Of a stretch of DNA of 64,000 bases, positions 26,207-40,387 are shown piece after piece. How positions within the stretch are numbered: position 1 is the stretch's first letter; every line of letters starts with the position of its first letter. The position numbers were made by a program, and so were the translations under genes. The notes under the pieces are model-generated. The model worked only from the letters and a program-made list of their open reading frames with translations. It did no database searches and had not been told where the DNA came from. The stretch comes from Octopus vulgaris. Lineage: Eukaryota. The DNA is taken from the NCBI GenBank assembly GCA_951406725.2, contig OX597816.1, positions 164,610,001-164,674,000 on the forward strand, in the 5' to 3' direction.

Positions 26207-27222
26207 GCGAGTGTGTGTATATACATATACATATACATATATATATATATATATATACACACACATATATATATATATATATACATACACATGCTTATAT
26301 ATACACATATACAAATGCATATATATATACATACACATACATATATATACACACATACACATGCATATATATATATATATTTATTTATATACACACACAT
26401 ATATATGTGTGCAGGCGTTTCCAGACCACATGGTTTCAGTTTCAGTCGCAGTGCGTGGTGGCTTCTTAGGCAAGTGTCTCCTACTGTAACCTCGAACTGA
26501 CTAAAGCTTTGTGCGTGGATTTGATAGACGGAAACTGAAAGAAGCTCGTTGTATTTCCCTTCCTCCCACAGTTTGCCCTCTCTCTTTATGTATGTATATA
26601 TTTATAAGTCCAATTTTGGCCAAATGGTTTTTCTTTTTTTCAATATTTATTTTTGCTTGCAATAGTCGGTTCTTTTGGTCAAACTATCATATCTCCAGCT
26701 GCTTCAGATGCCAAGATATCAAAAATTCTCAAAGTGTAGTACAACGGTTTGCTATGAAATGGCGAAACTATTTTTTCCGCTTTCTGAAAAAGTAACGTTT
26801 TGAACCTACGACACTTTTGCATAATAGCTCTTTCCTGAGCGCCCAATAATACTTTATTTGTTCCACATCCTCGCGTTGTTGTCTTTTTGTTTTCTTGTTT
26901 GGATTAACTTGGATTAACGGGTGTTAACATACATATATATATATATATATATATATGTAATTAAGATTCGGTTGGATTAGATACTTAAATTGAGGCCCCT
27001 TGTTAGGTCAATCTAATTTGCACACCCAAAAAATATCAGGTGAATTTCAAACTCGGTGCAGAAGTGTTTGCAGTCGATATTCTTGCAGTGTATGCAGATA
27101 ACACGACCCAACTTGATGGAAAGATCCGCTCCTTGGTTGTTCAGACATGTACTTTATATAAAAATGCAAAAATACTTTCTATAAAATTTCCGAAGTGCAA
27201 ATTTCAGGGGAAGTGAATAAAC

Positions 27223-27458
27223 TATAAATGAGTAAGGAAGATGTACAGGTGTCAATCCATTACGGCCGTTTCAAGCGACTCGTTTAATTGATTATTGAAA
27301 ACATTACATCGTTTTGAAGAAACTGTTTTCGTCTATGCAGTCATCTGACGAAAACGGTTTCTTTCAAATTGATGTAATGTTTTCATTAATATATTAAACG
27401 AGTTGCTTGAAACGGCCGTAATGAATTGACACCTGTACATCTTTGTTACTCATTTATA
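27223..27458. repeat. ~235-bp imperfect palindrome (arms ~110 bp, 13-nt loop), probably an inverted Penelope-type end
   Basis: tataaatgagtaa.gaagatgtacaggtgtcaat.cattacggccgtttcaagc is mirrored by gcttgaaacggccgtaatgaattgacacctgtacatctt...ttactcatttata; each arm carries GAAAC GGCC GTA. Confidence 0.85.
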
Positions 27459-27467
27459 TACATGTGA

Positions 27468-27526
<59 letters not shown>

Positions 27527-27778
27527 TCTTTGTGTCAGTTGTTTGTTTCCCACCACCGACTGACAACCGGTTTTGGTGTATTTACGTCCCCGTAACTAAG
27601 CGGTTCAACAAAAGACACCGGTAGAATACGTACCAGACTTTAAAAAAAAAGAAATAAGTTCTTGTATCGATTCATTCGACTAAAAATTCTTCAAGGTGGG
27701 GTCCCAGCATCGCCGCAGTCTTGTGACTGAAACAATTGAAAGATACACACACGCACACACACATGCACACACTCACAC

Positions 27779-27809
<31 letters not shown>

Positions 27810-27825
27810 TGTATGTATGTATGTA

Positions 27826-28531
27826 TCTACCGATGATACATGATATTGTAGCTAGGACACTTTATAATGAAATCCGTCGGAAGGATAAACCCAAGGACAA
27901 GGAAATAAGAACCTTCAATAAGGTAGAAGCCATAGTCACCCATAACGAAAAAGAATACTGGTGGAATGTCCCAGTGAAGACCTCAATGAAATGTAAGTAC
28001 AACAAACTTGATATAATGGATGGGGGTAGAGAAGAGAAACTGTGCACAGTTGTGGAAATTAGCTGCCCAGTGGATGTTAACATAAAGCTGAAGATCAGTG
28101 AAAAAGAGAACACCTGTGTGAACTATTGAGATTACAAGTTCAGGTTTATACCTGTAATTATTGGGGTTCTGGGATATGTAACACACTGCCTAAAGACCAA
28201 TCTTGAGAAAATGGGCTTCTCAAAACCAGAAAGGAGGAAGCCAATTCGAAGACTGCAGATCCAATCCATCACTGGAACTGTGAATAATTGTAAAACTTCC
28301 CAGAAGTTTATCATTAAAATATATATGAACATGTCTCGATATGCAACTATATATATATAAAACAAAATATACAAATATGCGTATACATACATACATACAT
28401 ACATACATACATACATACAATAAAAAATACTCTGTTGTTGATGTTGAAATTCCAATGAAAGAGCCTTGGATCTAGATTAGAAACCGGTTCTTTCTCTATT
28501 GGCATGAAATCTTGAAATAAACTGAATAATG
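27826..28531 (+). mobile_element. 5'-truncated R4-clade non-LTR retrotransposon (RLE domain plus 3'UTR)
   Basis: YLPMIHDIVAR...EYWWNVPVKTSMKCKYNKLDI...VVEISCPVDVNIKLKISEKEN...FIPVIIGVLGYV...LQIQSITGTV; flanked by (ATGT)n at the 5' side and (ACAT)n at the 3' side. Confidence 0.85.
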
Positions 28532-28624
28532 ACATACATACATACACACACATATACATACATACATACATATATATATACATACATACACACACACACA
28601 TACATACACACATACATTTGTATG

Positions 28625-28687
<63 letters not shown>

Positions 28688-29762
28688 TTTAACCTTGACT
28701 TAATCGTAAACATCTTTCCATTAACAGATGTGAAACTCAGATGAAGACAGACAGGTTTAATTAAAGTATCTTATTAGCAGACGTGGTGGTTGTCTGGTTA
28801 AATTCCTCGCTGTGGCTTCAGATTTAGTCCTACAGTGCGCTCCCTTGGCAAGTATCTTTTACTATTGTCCCCTGTCGACCAAAGCCTTTTGGTAGGCGGA
28901 AACAACGTGGAAGCCCGTCACACACATATATATCTACAGATATAGATATATAGATATATACATGTATAAATATATGTATGTGTATATGTGTGTATGTGTA
29001 TGTGTATATGTGTATGTATGTGTGTATATTTGTATGTGTTCGTCCCCCCTATACGCTTGACAGCCGGGTGTTGGTTTATTTACGTCCCTGTAACTTAGTT
29101 CCGCCACAGAGACTGACAGTAATCATCAGACTTAAAAAAACATAAGTACTAGGATTGATTTGTAGGACGAGACACTTCAGAGTGATACCCTAGCATTGCC
29201 GCAATTCAATGACTGAAACAAGATTAAAATGTTTTCTTCCTGAGATATGAACGTGTCACATTTTGTTCTATAAAAGGTATCCCGTTATTTGGTGATATTT
29301 CACACAGCAGACCAGTTGCTCTAGCATGCAACACCCAGAAGAGGAGAGGTTGGTATAAAAGCCAAACTCACAATCTTCAGTTTGGTCATGAATATTGGGA
29401 AATGACCGAAAGACTACGATTGCGAATACAAGCGGCCAAAACGGGGCTCATCCGAAAGGGTGTCAGAAGAAACATTACTTGACAAGGTGCAAAGGTCAGA
29501 GAACAGGGAGTCTCTCCAGGTCGGACCAAACACTTCGATACAGTGCCCCAATATGGCCACATTCCAGTGACTGAAACAAGTAAGACAAGATTAAAACCTG
29601 CACGATTTGAACTCAAAACATTGAGTTACGCCACGAAACCACAGGAAGCAGTCCTATAGATTTAGTATTTCAAGCTTTCAGACTACGAAACGCCCTTTAC
29701 GTGAAACTGTTATCAATTTAAACAAAATTTCAACTATTACTGTAAAACTTAATTCAAACAAA

Positions 29763-29803
<41 letters not shown>

Positions 29804-30049
29804 TGTATGTCTGTCTGTCTGTAAGTGTGTGGATATGTTTGATGTTAGTATGTGTATGCGTGCTTGCGTGTGTGTGTGCGCGCACTCGCACAAGGGCTGG
29901 TGTTCTGTGAGGACATCGAAGACATCGCATCGAGAATGTTACCACGCCCTTTACAAACATGACAAGATAATTTGATAAAAAGCGCCTTGTCCAGGATCAT
30001 GTTGTTGTATTGGGTGGTAACTGTAAATGATAAAACATCGTATCGCGCT

Positions 30050-30760
<711 letters not shown>

Positions 30761-32332
30761 TACTCGAGACCTGAGGCCTAACATCAAAATACATACTCCG
30801 AGTTTCACGTCTGCATTCATCAGTTGATTCCCAGTTGTCTTTCATCTCCATCTATTATCAGAATTGATTCCCTTACCCATCACTACTTCGTAAGCACTCA
30901 GAGACAGTGAAGGTTTACTTTAGGAGTTATCATTATTCTAATATGGCTGCTTTGTAAGACTGCCGATTCCAGCAACTCCCCTCACCACTATCACCACCAT
31001 CACCACCAAACCACCACTACCACCACCACCACCACTACCACAGTTTTGCCACTGGTGCAGCCAAGGACACAATAATACTTTCTTTTTTTTAAGCCAAACT
31101 TTAACAAAAGCTGAGAGGTGCCTCACTCCCATTAGTTTCACAGCATGCCGGACATTAACCCGGAATCTCTAAGCCCGTAATCTTATACTTAAGACAGTTG
31201 TTGATCCGATATTGTGTTCATCAAGAGAGTTATTAGTGTGTGTGTGTGTGTGTGAGGGGAGGGTGGATGCACGTAGAATAGTGATTAGGATATTCGTAAG
31301 GTCGTGAATTCGATTCCTGGCGGCGGTATGTCCTTGACCAAGACACTTCATTCACGTTGCTTCAGTCCACTATTGCTGGCAAAAATGAGTTGTACCTGTA
31401 ATGCAGTGTCTTACTGAATCTTCCTGTGTACTACATTAAGGGTACGTGTGTCTGTGGAGTGCTCAGCCACTTGCACATTAATTTCGCGGGCAGGCTGTTC
31501 CGTTGATCGGATCAACTGGAAGTCTTGTCGTCTCACCCGACGGACTACTAGAAGCTGGGTTGGTGGAGCAAGAAAGGCACTCCACCCGAGGTGATGCCTT
31601 TATGGTATGGAGTGCACTTTAGGGTCTGCTGTGGGTCTGAGGTTCTGGGAGGGGCGGGGGAGAACGGCAGACTTAAAGGCTGTCACAAGCAGCACAAACT
31701 CTAGCTATGCTTCTAAGGTTCATCAGTCCTTTTTACAGATATTTTTGCTTTTGTCCTGCTGGGTTTTGCTTTTGTCCTGCCTGGAACCCTCCCTTACTAG
31801 GCAAGTGTGTTGAGGAAGCTGATTTAGTCCCCAACAACCTGACCATGCCACAAGTTGTCGTGGGTTACATTTTACTAGCAACACTTGTGAGTAATGACAC
31901 AATTATATCAGGGTATGAGGGTGATCTTAGGTACACTTAGGTGAATATTTAATATTTTTCCTCATATGGTGTAGCTGAAGTCAATCGTTTCTCACATCAC
32001 ATCCACACAACAATTAAAACTAATTGAGGCGCAAGACCATCAATTTTTAGGGTCAGGTTTTTATCCATTACATCAACTGGTCCTTTATTTTATCGTCCCG
32101 CCCCCGAAATGACAAAAGACAAAATTGAGCTTAGCAGTATTTGAACTCGTGACATTAAGAGCCGATATAAACATAGATATACGTGCACATTTGTTATAAA
32201 TTTATGCACACACAGATTTACACGCATATATGTATACACAGGTGCATACACATACATTCATATGCATACACATACATACATACATAAATATATACGTACG
32301 TACATACATAAATACATACATACATACATACA

Positions 32333-32742
32333 TACAAGTTCAGGTTTATACCTGTAATTATTGGCGCCCTTTGATATGTAACACACTGCCCAAATACCAA
32401 TCTTGAGAAATTAGGCTTCTCAAAACCAGAAATGAGGAAGCTAATTCGAAGACTACAGATCCAATACATCACTGGAACTATAAAAATCTGTAAAACTTTC
32501 CAGAAGTTTAGCATTTAAGTATATATGAGTATGTCTACGTATGTAACTATATGCATGAGAATACATACATAAAAAATACAAATTTGCACATACATGCATA
32601 CATACATACATACATACATACATACATACACACATACATATAAACAAAAATACCCTGTTGTTGATGTAATTTCAATGAAGGAGCCTTGGATCTTGGTTAG
32701 AAGCGAATTCTTTATTGGCAAGAAATTTTGAAATAAACTGAA

Positions 32743-32743
<1 letters not shown>
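32333..32743 (+). mobile_element. Third copy of the R4-like (CATA)-associated family, 5'-truncated
   Basis: High identity to 28133-28527 (tacaagttcaggtttatacctgtaattattgg...); 5' flank (CATA)n, 3' flank (CA)n then (CATA)n. Confidence 0.85.
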
Positions 32744-32744
<1 letters not shown>

Positions 32745-32780
<36 letters not shown>

Positions 32781-32782
32781 AT

Positions 32783-32829
<47 letters not shown>

Positions 32830-33180
32830 CATACATACATACATACACACACGCAGATAGATAGATAGATTGATAGATAGATAGATAGATACATACATAC
32901 ATATATACATACATACATACTTACATACTTATATACATACATACATACACACACATAAACACACATACATACATACATACATACATACATACATACATAC
33001 ACATACATACATACATACATACATACATACATACATACATACATACATACATACATACATACATACATACATACATACATACATACATGCATGCATGCAT
33101 ACATACATACATACATACATACATACATACATACATACATGCATACATGCATACATACATACATACATACAAATACACAT
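32745..33180. repeat. (CA)n/(GATA)n/(CATA)n microsatellite
   Basis: Directly visible. Confidence 0.95.
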
Positions 33181-33591
33181 GAATATGCATAGAAACGCCA
33201 ACCGATTACACATCAAAGATTTACACATGCCTTACATTCTTACCTCGTGTCACTATCAATTTATCAACGTAGGGCAAACCTTTGTTTTAAATATAAATAT
33301 TCATATAGAGAACTAGTGGATTCATTTCGTCTATCTATGTTGTCCCCTCCACCACTACCACCGCCTCCCCGGGGAAGAGAAACAGAGATTACGTTAAACC
33401 AGCAATGAAGTCTCTTGGGTAGTTGTCCGACATGTTAGAAATAGCAGTTGAGCTTTCCTCTAACAAAATTTGCCATGTCTTTCTTGATATTTCATGTCTA
33501 CAGCAAAACGGGCAGCGTGTTGGCAGAATCGATAAGACGTGCGAAAAGGGAGTTTTGCTGTAATTCCTCCGATATTTTACATTCTCATTTC

Positions 33592-34048
33592 GGATCTTTT
33601 CGGTTTGAACGGCAGTTTTTTTTAATAATTTCCACGTAACTAAACACTTTTAAACTTCGTATACTGGTAGAATGTGTTTATAAAACATCTTTTTCTCTTG
33701 GCTTTATTGAGAAAATTCTACAGTTTGTAAGATATTTGTTGTTGTTTTTCTTCAATTTCTGCAATTTCAACCAATCAGTGACGTCTATTGAGGTGAAAAT
33801 ATTCTGTGCCGTATGAATATGTCCCTCGTTTAAGAAACAGATTGGGTTTATTTACATTTCTGAAGAAAAAAAGATACCCTTTCCCCCATCCCTAACCATA
33901 ACCCTAACCCTAACCCTAACTAACCCTAACTCTAACCCTAATCCTAAAACAGATTGAAATGCAATAGATCGATACTAGGGTCATAATTATGGGTGACAAT
34001 TTCATATGACACCGCTAGAAAAAACTGCCGTTCAAACCGAAAAGATCC
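33592..34048. mobile_element. 457-bp MITE with ~30-bp perfect TIRs, a 2-bp TSD (TC) and internal (CCCTAA)n
   Basis: GGATCTTTTCGGTTTGAACGGCAGTTTTT ... AAAAACTGCCGTTCAAACCGAAAAGATCC; TC at 33590-33591 and 34049-34050; telomere-type repeats at ~33890-33946. Confidence 0.9.
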
Positions 34049-34349
34049 TCGATCATGCTACTGAAATAGCAGTTGAGCTTTCCTCTAACGGAGTTACCAG
34101 CATGTCTTTCTTGTTACTTCGTCATATCTACAGGACAAAATTGCAGCGTGTTGGTAAAAAAAAAAAAAAAATCGATAAGACGTGCGAAAATAAAAAGGAG
34201 TTTTGCGTGGAATTCCTCCGATATTTTACATTCTCATTTCAAATGCAACTGAAGTAATTTTGCCTTTCGACTTTGCGGAGTTACCAGCGATGTAGTTGCG
34301 TTACTTAATGTCTAGCAGGACGAGATTCATACATATACTCTTTTATTCT

Positions 34350-34740
34350 TTTACTCTTTTACTCTTTTACTTGTTTCAGTCATTTGACTGCGACCATGCA
34401 GGAGCACCGCCTTTTAGTCGAGCAAATCGACCCCAGGACTTATTCTTTGTAAGCCCAGTATTCACTCTATCGGTCTCTTCTGCCGAACCGCTAGGTTACG
34501 GAGACATACACACACCAGCATGGGGACGAAAAAAAGAGACACACAAACATATACACACACATACATATAAATATATATATATATATATACAACGGACTTC
34601 TTTCAGTTTCCGTCTACCAAATCCACTCCTAAGGTTTTGGTCGGCCCGAGGCTATAGTAGAAGACACTTGCCCAAGATGCCACGCAGTAGGACTGAACCC
34701 AGAACCATGTGGTTGGTACGCAGGCTACTTACCACACAGC
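34350..34740 (-). mobile_element. SINE family A copy
   Basis: Consensus match with a (GTAAAAGA)n tail. Confidence 0.85.
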
Positions 34741-35629
34741 AATAACAAAAAAAAAGAGAGCGAAGAGAGAAAAAGAAAGAGGAGTGGAACACTTTTTCGT
34801 TTGGTTTACGCAAAATAAGATAAGAAAGACCAGTAGCGAGAGGCATGAATTTGAATGAGGAAAACTAATTGTGGTATATTAATTAGAATATAAGATAAAT
34901 TTTTGAGTCGCACACAAGGTAAAACAATCGTATGTTGACAAGTAGAACAATGGGTGTGTATGTATATATGTTTTCTTTTATACTTTTACTTGTTTCAGTC
35001 ATTTGACTGCAGCCATGCCGGAGCACCGCATTTAGTTGAACAAATCGACCCCAGGACTTTTTATTTTAGGAAAATAAAAATAAGAATTAAGTGGAAATTT
35101 TACCGGTGAGTGTGTTAAATTATAAGGCACAAAAAGAAAATGACTCTCCCCAGACACAGCAGAATATGCTTCAACACACGAACTCATATAAAGAATCTTG
35201 CAAACTAAATCCCAAAACGAAACTTATACCGGGGTTTTCCGTAAATCCGCCCAGGGCTGTTAAACGGAAAATTCTACAATTTTACAAAACTATATTTTGG
35301 CTTAAATAACCGCACACCTATAATAAGGGCCTATGGGTGGTAATATGGAAGTAAAATATTTCTCCTAGGAAAAACAAAGATATTCTCAAAAACCATATTT
35401 ATTTTATCCAATTCCATTGAACTTCTATCGTTTCAGTTATCAGATATATAGACATAAAAGAAAAAACTGAAACAGCCTTAAAAGATCTAGCATATTAAAA
35501 AATATTCTGAAGTTAACAATGGATCTATTAGGGAATATTGAAAATTGTTGAAAACATGAATAGAAGCCTTGTATAAACAAATAATGTACTTGGGCATTTA
35601 TGATAGAATAATAACCGAATAGTTTCAAG

Positions 35630-37008
35630 TTAAATATCACGAATTTCTTCATTTGTTGCTTGACCATAATTCACATCAGAGCAAATTTCATTTACTTGTA
35701 TCTCATCTTCTTCAATTTTGTCATTATGTGCATCTGGTGCATTTACCTCAAGGCCAGACAAAGCATCCTGTAAGCGTGAGTTTAAGAGGCTGTGTTATAC
35801 AGTCTGTCCACCAGGAGCAATTCCACAACATTCAAAAGCATGCTTTATAGTTTCTATATTTAAAGTGGCAACAGCTTGGACCACAAAGTTCACTATCTCT
35901 TGAGAAGAAGGTTTTTTTGCGATATCCTTTATTTGTATACTCCTTTTTGCCATTTGAAAACCAATTCTCCCATTCAGCACGAAGGGCTTTCTTGAAAGGA
36001 CCAATAATTGATACATCTAACGGCTGCAAGTAAGATGTTGTTTTAGGAAGTATAAGCTTAAGAATTGTATTATTTCGTTTGAACACTTCTAGGAGCTCTG
36101 TTTTCTTGTGCACTGAGCATTCATTCATGAATAGCACTGAATTTTGAGCATGCCATAGTTGTGCTGTTCTCTGCCCAAACACTTTGTCAGCCCATAGCTG
36201 CATGAATTCATAGGTGATTGATCCCCTGTTGGAGACTGTTAAGTAAATATTCTTTGGGACCTTGATTTTAGGCACGTTTTTCAATCCTTTAAAGATAATC
36301 ATTGTTTTCAACACCTTTCCTGCAGCATTAACACACAACACAGCAGTGAAACGAGATTTGGTGGTACCACAGTGGCTAACATCTACATTTTTATTGCCAA
36401 CAAAGTCTATGGTTGTTGAACTCAACATGTCAACGTATACAGGTGTTTCATCCATTTTATAGATCTGGTCAGCATCCTTATCTGCTGTTAACACTGGAAT
36501 GCTATCTAGATAGTCACTGGCGATTTGTGCCTCTTCTCCAAGTGTTTTATTGTCTGCTTGACCAACATGTGTAATCTTTCTCACAGTCAATTCATTCCGT
36601 TTCACGAAATTGAAAATCCATTTATCAGAACAGCTAAAGCTGTTCATTTCAATTCCAAACCTTTTTACCAATTCAAAAGTATATTCTCGTAAACGGCAAT
36701 AATTTACAATTATATTGTTTGCACCGCTGAACAACAATCCACTGTAAGAGCTCAATCTCTAGATCAGTGCCTATGTGCTGGTCCTCTACCTCCACCAATT
36801 GATCTGCGCCTTCTCTTGTCTGACATATGGATTAACTCAGTTTCTTTTGTGCACCATTCTCTCAATCGTTTCCTATCAATATCTAAGTCTCATGACGCAG
36901 CAGATAAATTGCTAGAATGTTCTTTCACTCGTTTGGTAGCACTCAATTTTTCTCTCTAATGGTATATGATCGTTGAACACGTTTTGATATATTTTCTTTC
37001 GACTTCAT
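35630..37008 (-). pseudogene. pogo/DDE_1 transposase pseudogene
   Basis: ATG at 37008 gives MKSKENISKRVQRSYTIREK.. and a Brinker-type HTH (SAAS*DLDIDRKRLREW). Then CENP-B/Tc5-type HTH (FSCSDKWIFNFVKRN), D1 in MDETP, D2 position mutated to N (LFMNECSVH), D3 35 residues later in QPLD, and C-terminal IKHAFECCGI in a shifted frame. Several frameshifts and stops. Confidence 0.9.
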
Positions 37009-37042
37009 TATTGGGAATAAAAATCCTTTGAATTTATCAACA

Positions 37043-37450
37043 GGCGCAGGAGTGGCTGTGTGGTAAGTAGCTTGCTAACCAACCACATGGTTCCGGGTTC
37101 AGTCCTACTGCGTGGTATTTGGGCAAGTGTCTTCTACTATAGCCTCGGGCCGACCAATGCCTTGTGAGTGGATTTGGTAGACGGAAACTGAATGAAGCCT
37201 GTCGTATATATGTATATCTATATAAGTGTGTGTGTGTGTATATGTTTGTGTGTCTGTGTTTGTCCCCCTAGCATTGCTTGACAACCGATGCTGGTGTGTT
37301 TACGTCCCTGTCACTTAGCGGTTCGGCAAAAGAGACCGATAGAATAAGTACTGGGCTTACAAAGAATAAGTCCCGGGTTCAATTTGCTCGACTAAAGGCG
37401 GTGCTCCAGCATGGCAGCAGTCAAATGACTGAAACAAGTAAAAGAGTAAA
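37043..37450 (+). mobile_element. SINE family A, full length, nested in the pogo 5' region
   Basis: GGCGCAGGAGTGGCTGTGTGGTAAG...GACTGAAACAAGTAAAAGAGTAAAAGAG, lying between the transposase ATG and the TIR. Confidence 0.9.
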
Positions 37451-37603
37451 AGAGAGAGAGAGACGTAGAGCAAATGAATGTCTAAACAGAATGCAAACAA
37501 GAACGCTAACTCTGTTTCAACTTTTAACCACAAATAACCGCCCATACAAATAAACGCCCATGGGAGATCTAATGGATGGGCGGATTTTCGGAAAACCCCG
37601 GTA

Positions 37604-38285
<682 letters not shown>

Positions 38286-38426
38286 CTTCCCAGACATGGT
38301 TCTGAGTTCAGTGCTACTACGTCACACCTGAGGAAAAAGTCTTCTACTATAGCTCAGGCTGACTAAAGCCTTATGGGTGGATTTGGAAGATGGAAACTGA
38401 AAGAATCCTGTCATATATATATATAC

Positions 38427-38465
<39 letters not shown>

Positions 38466-39192
38466 TGTTGGTTTCTCCCCATCATCACTACTGGTTTTGG
38501 TTTGCTTTCGTCCCCATAACATAGCAGTTCGGCAAAAGACACCAATAGAAGTACTAGGCTTAAAAAGAAAATAAACACTAGAGTCAATTAGTTCGGCGAA
38601 AATTCTCCAAGGTAGTGCCCCAGCATGGCCACATTCTAATGACTGAATCTTTTAAAAAAAGAGATTACATTTATAAATGTGTGTGTGCGTGTGAGTGTGT
38701 GTATGTGTGTGTGTGTGCGTGCGTGTGAGTAGACACGCGATTGGACATGTATATATCGATAAATTCATATACAAACAAATGAAGATGGTAAGTTACCCGC
38801 ACATGTGCAAGAAACCTTCATAATTACAAGGAGAAGGAAGAGAACTAAAATTACAATAATTAAAAACACATGAACAGAAACGAAAAACGAGAATCGTTTC
38901 CTTATGACTCAGTCAAACAAACCACACGAAGGTCAAATACGACGTATACAATTATACATATATACAGAGTTCGAGTCTCCTGGCTGGCTCGTAACGTATT
39001 TTTCTGCAATATATGGATAAATTATCCTGGTCACGCTATTTCATTAGCATTATCATGCGTTTGAGAATTAAAAAATAAATTTATTTCTGTATCTTACAAT
39101 ACATCTCAAAGACTTCTAAAACAAACTTTGTTTAGTTTTATCGTAAGATAAATATATGCATACATACATACATACATACATACATACATACA

Positions 39193-39264
<72 letters not shown>

Positions 39265-39613
39265 CTTGTATTTTTATCTTGTTATATTTATTTAGTTATA
39301 TCTCATCATATTGATTGTAATTATTGTACTGTATTAATGTCTAATCTCATTGCTATTGTGTAGTGTATTAATAAAGTATATGATTCGGTATTATCTGATA
39401 GTTGATGATTGATTTAGATATATTTCTCCATTTTCTCATTTTGTATTATTAATTTATGGTAAAAATAATTTTACCTTTGCCCACCTAATACAGTAAATGA
39501 ATTGATTGCATCGCAATTTTTAACATTTATGTATTAGCCTTGTTGGGTACTTCTCTAGCAGTATATTCGATATATGTTATCCCATGGAGAGTTGAATTTG
39601 CAACCCCTATCTC

Positions 39614-39649
<36 letters not shown>

Positions 39650-39653
<4 letters not shown>

Positions 39654-39860
39654 ATCCAAACATGAAAACACAAAAAGAAAATACAACAACGCGAGGACGT
39701 GGAACAAGTATAGTATTATTGGACGCTCAGGAAAGGAAGGAAAGAAGGAGGGTTTAACGTTTCGAGCAGAGCTCTTCTTCAGAAACATAGGAAAAGGAAA
39801 GATCCAAAGAAGGGAAAACGGAGGAAAAAAATCGCCAACGGTACACACGCAGTCACATTT
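39650..39860 (-). mobile_element. Family P2 Penelope-like short element
   Basis: Homologous to 18175-18356 and to a fragment at ~26830-26908; lies between TA-rich arrays. Confidence 0.7.
39752..39786 (-). ncRNA. Minimal type I hammerhead ribozyme motif with canonical core
   Basis: GTTT CTGAAGA A GAGC tct GCTC GAAAC GTT AAAC: stem I GTTT/AAAC, CUGANGA and GAAA boxes, stem II GAGC/GCTC, palindromic ACGT in place of stem III. Confidence 0.65.
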
Positions 39861-39913
39861 TAATATATAATATATATAATATATACATGTATATATATGT
39901 ATGTATGTGTATG

Positions 39914-39949
<36 letters not shown>

Positions 39950-40098
39950 GTGGTGCTACTAAGTTAGACATGGCCTGGACCAATCTTTGGTCGAAACATA
40001 TCTAAGTTTATATATGTATATATATGTATATGTCTATACACACACACTCATACATACATACATACATACATACATACATACATACATACATACATACA

Positions 40099-40167
<69 letters not shown>

Positions 40168-40238
40168 TTATATATATACATATGTACATACATATATAGT
40201 GGCTGACCTTATATATATATATATATATATATCGATAA

Positions 40239-40271
<33 letters not shown>

Positions 40272-40387
40272 CCGATGAAATTTGACCTTTAAAATGCCAT
40301 TTTTAGATTTGACATATATATTCACAGCTTGTCATCTTATTTGAAATGAGTGCTGTCAGTAATTTTAATGTGACGAGTATCATTAAC

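Larger units (their letters stand above)
35229..37601 (-). mobile_element. Full-length pogo-superfamily (DD35D, Passer-like) DNA transposon, decayed
   Basis: 25-bp TIRs CCGGGGTTTTCCG(T/A)AAATCCGCCCA at 35229-35253 and 37577-37601 with one mismatch; TA TSD at 35227-35228 and 37602-37603; internal transposase remnant. Confidence 0.92.

Noticed and set aside
33890-33946. Telomere or chromosome-fusion relic
   Set aside because: The short degenerate CCCTAA run lies inside a TIR-bounded MITE.
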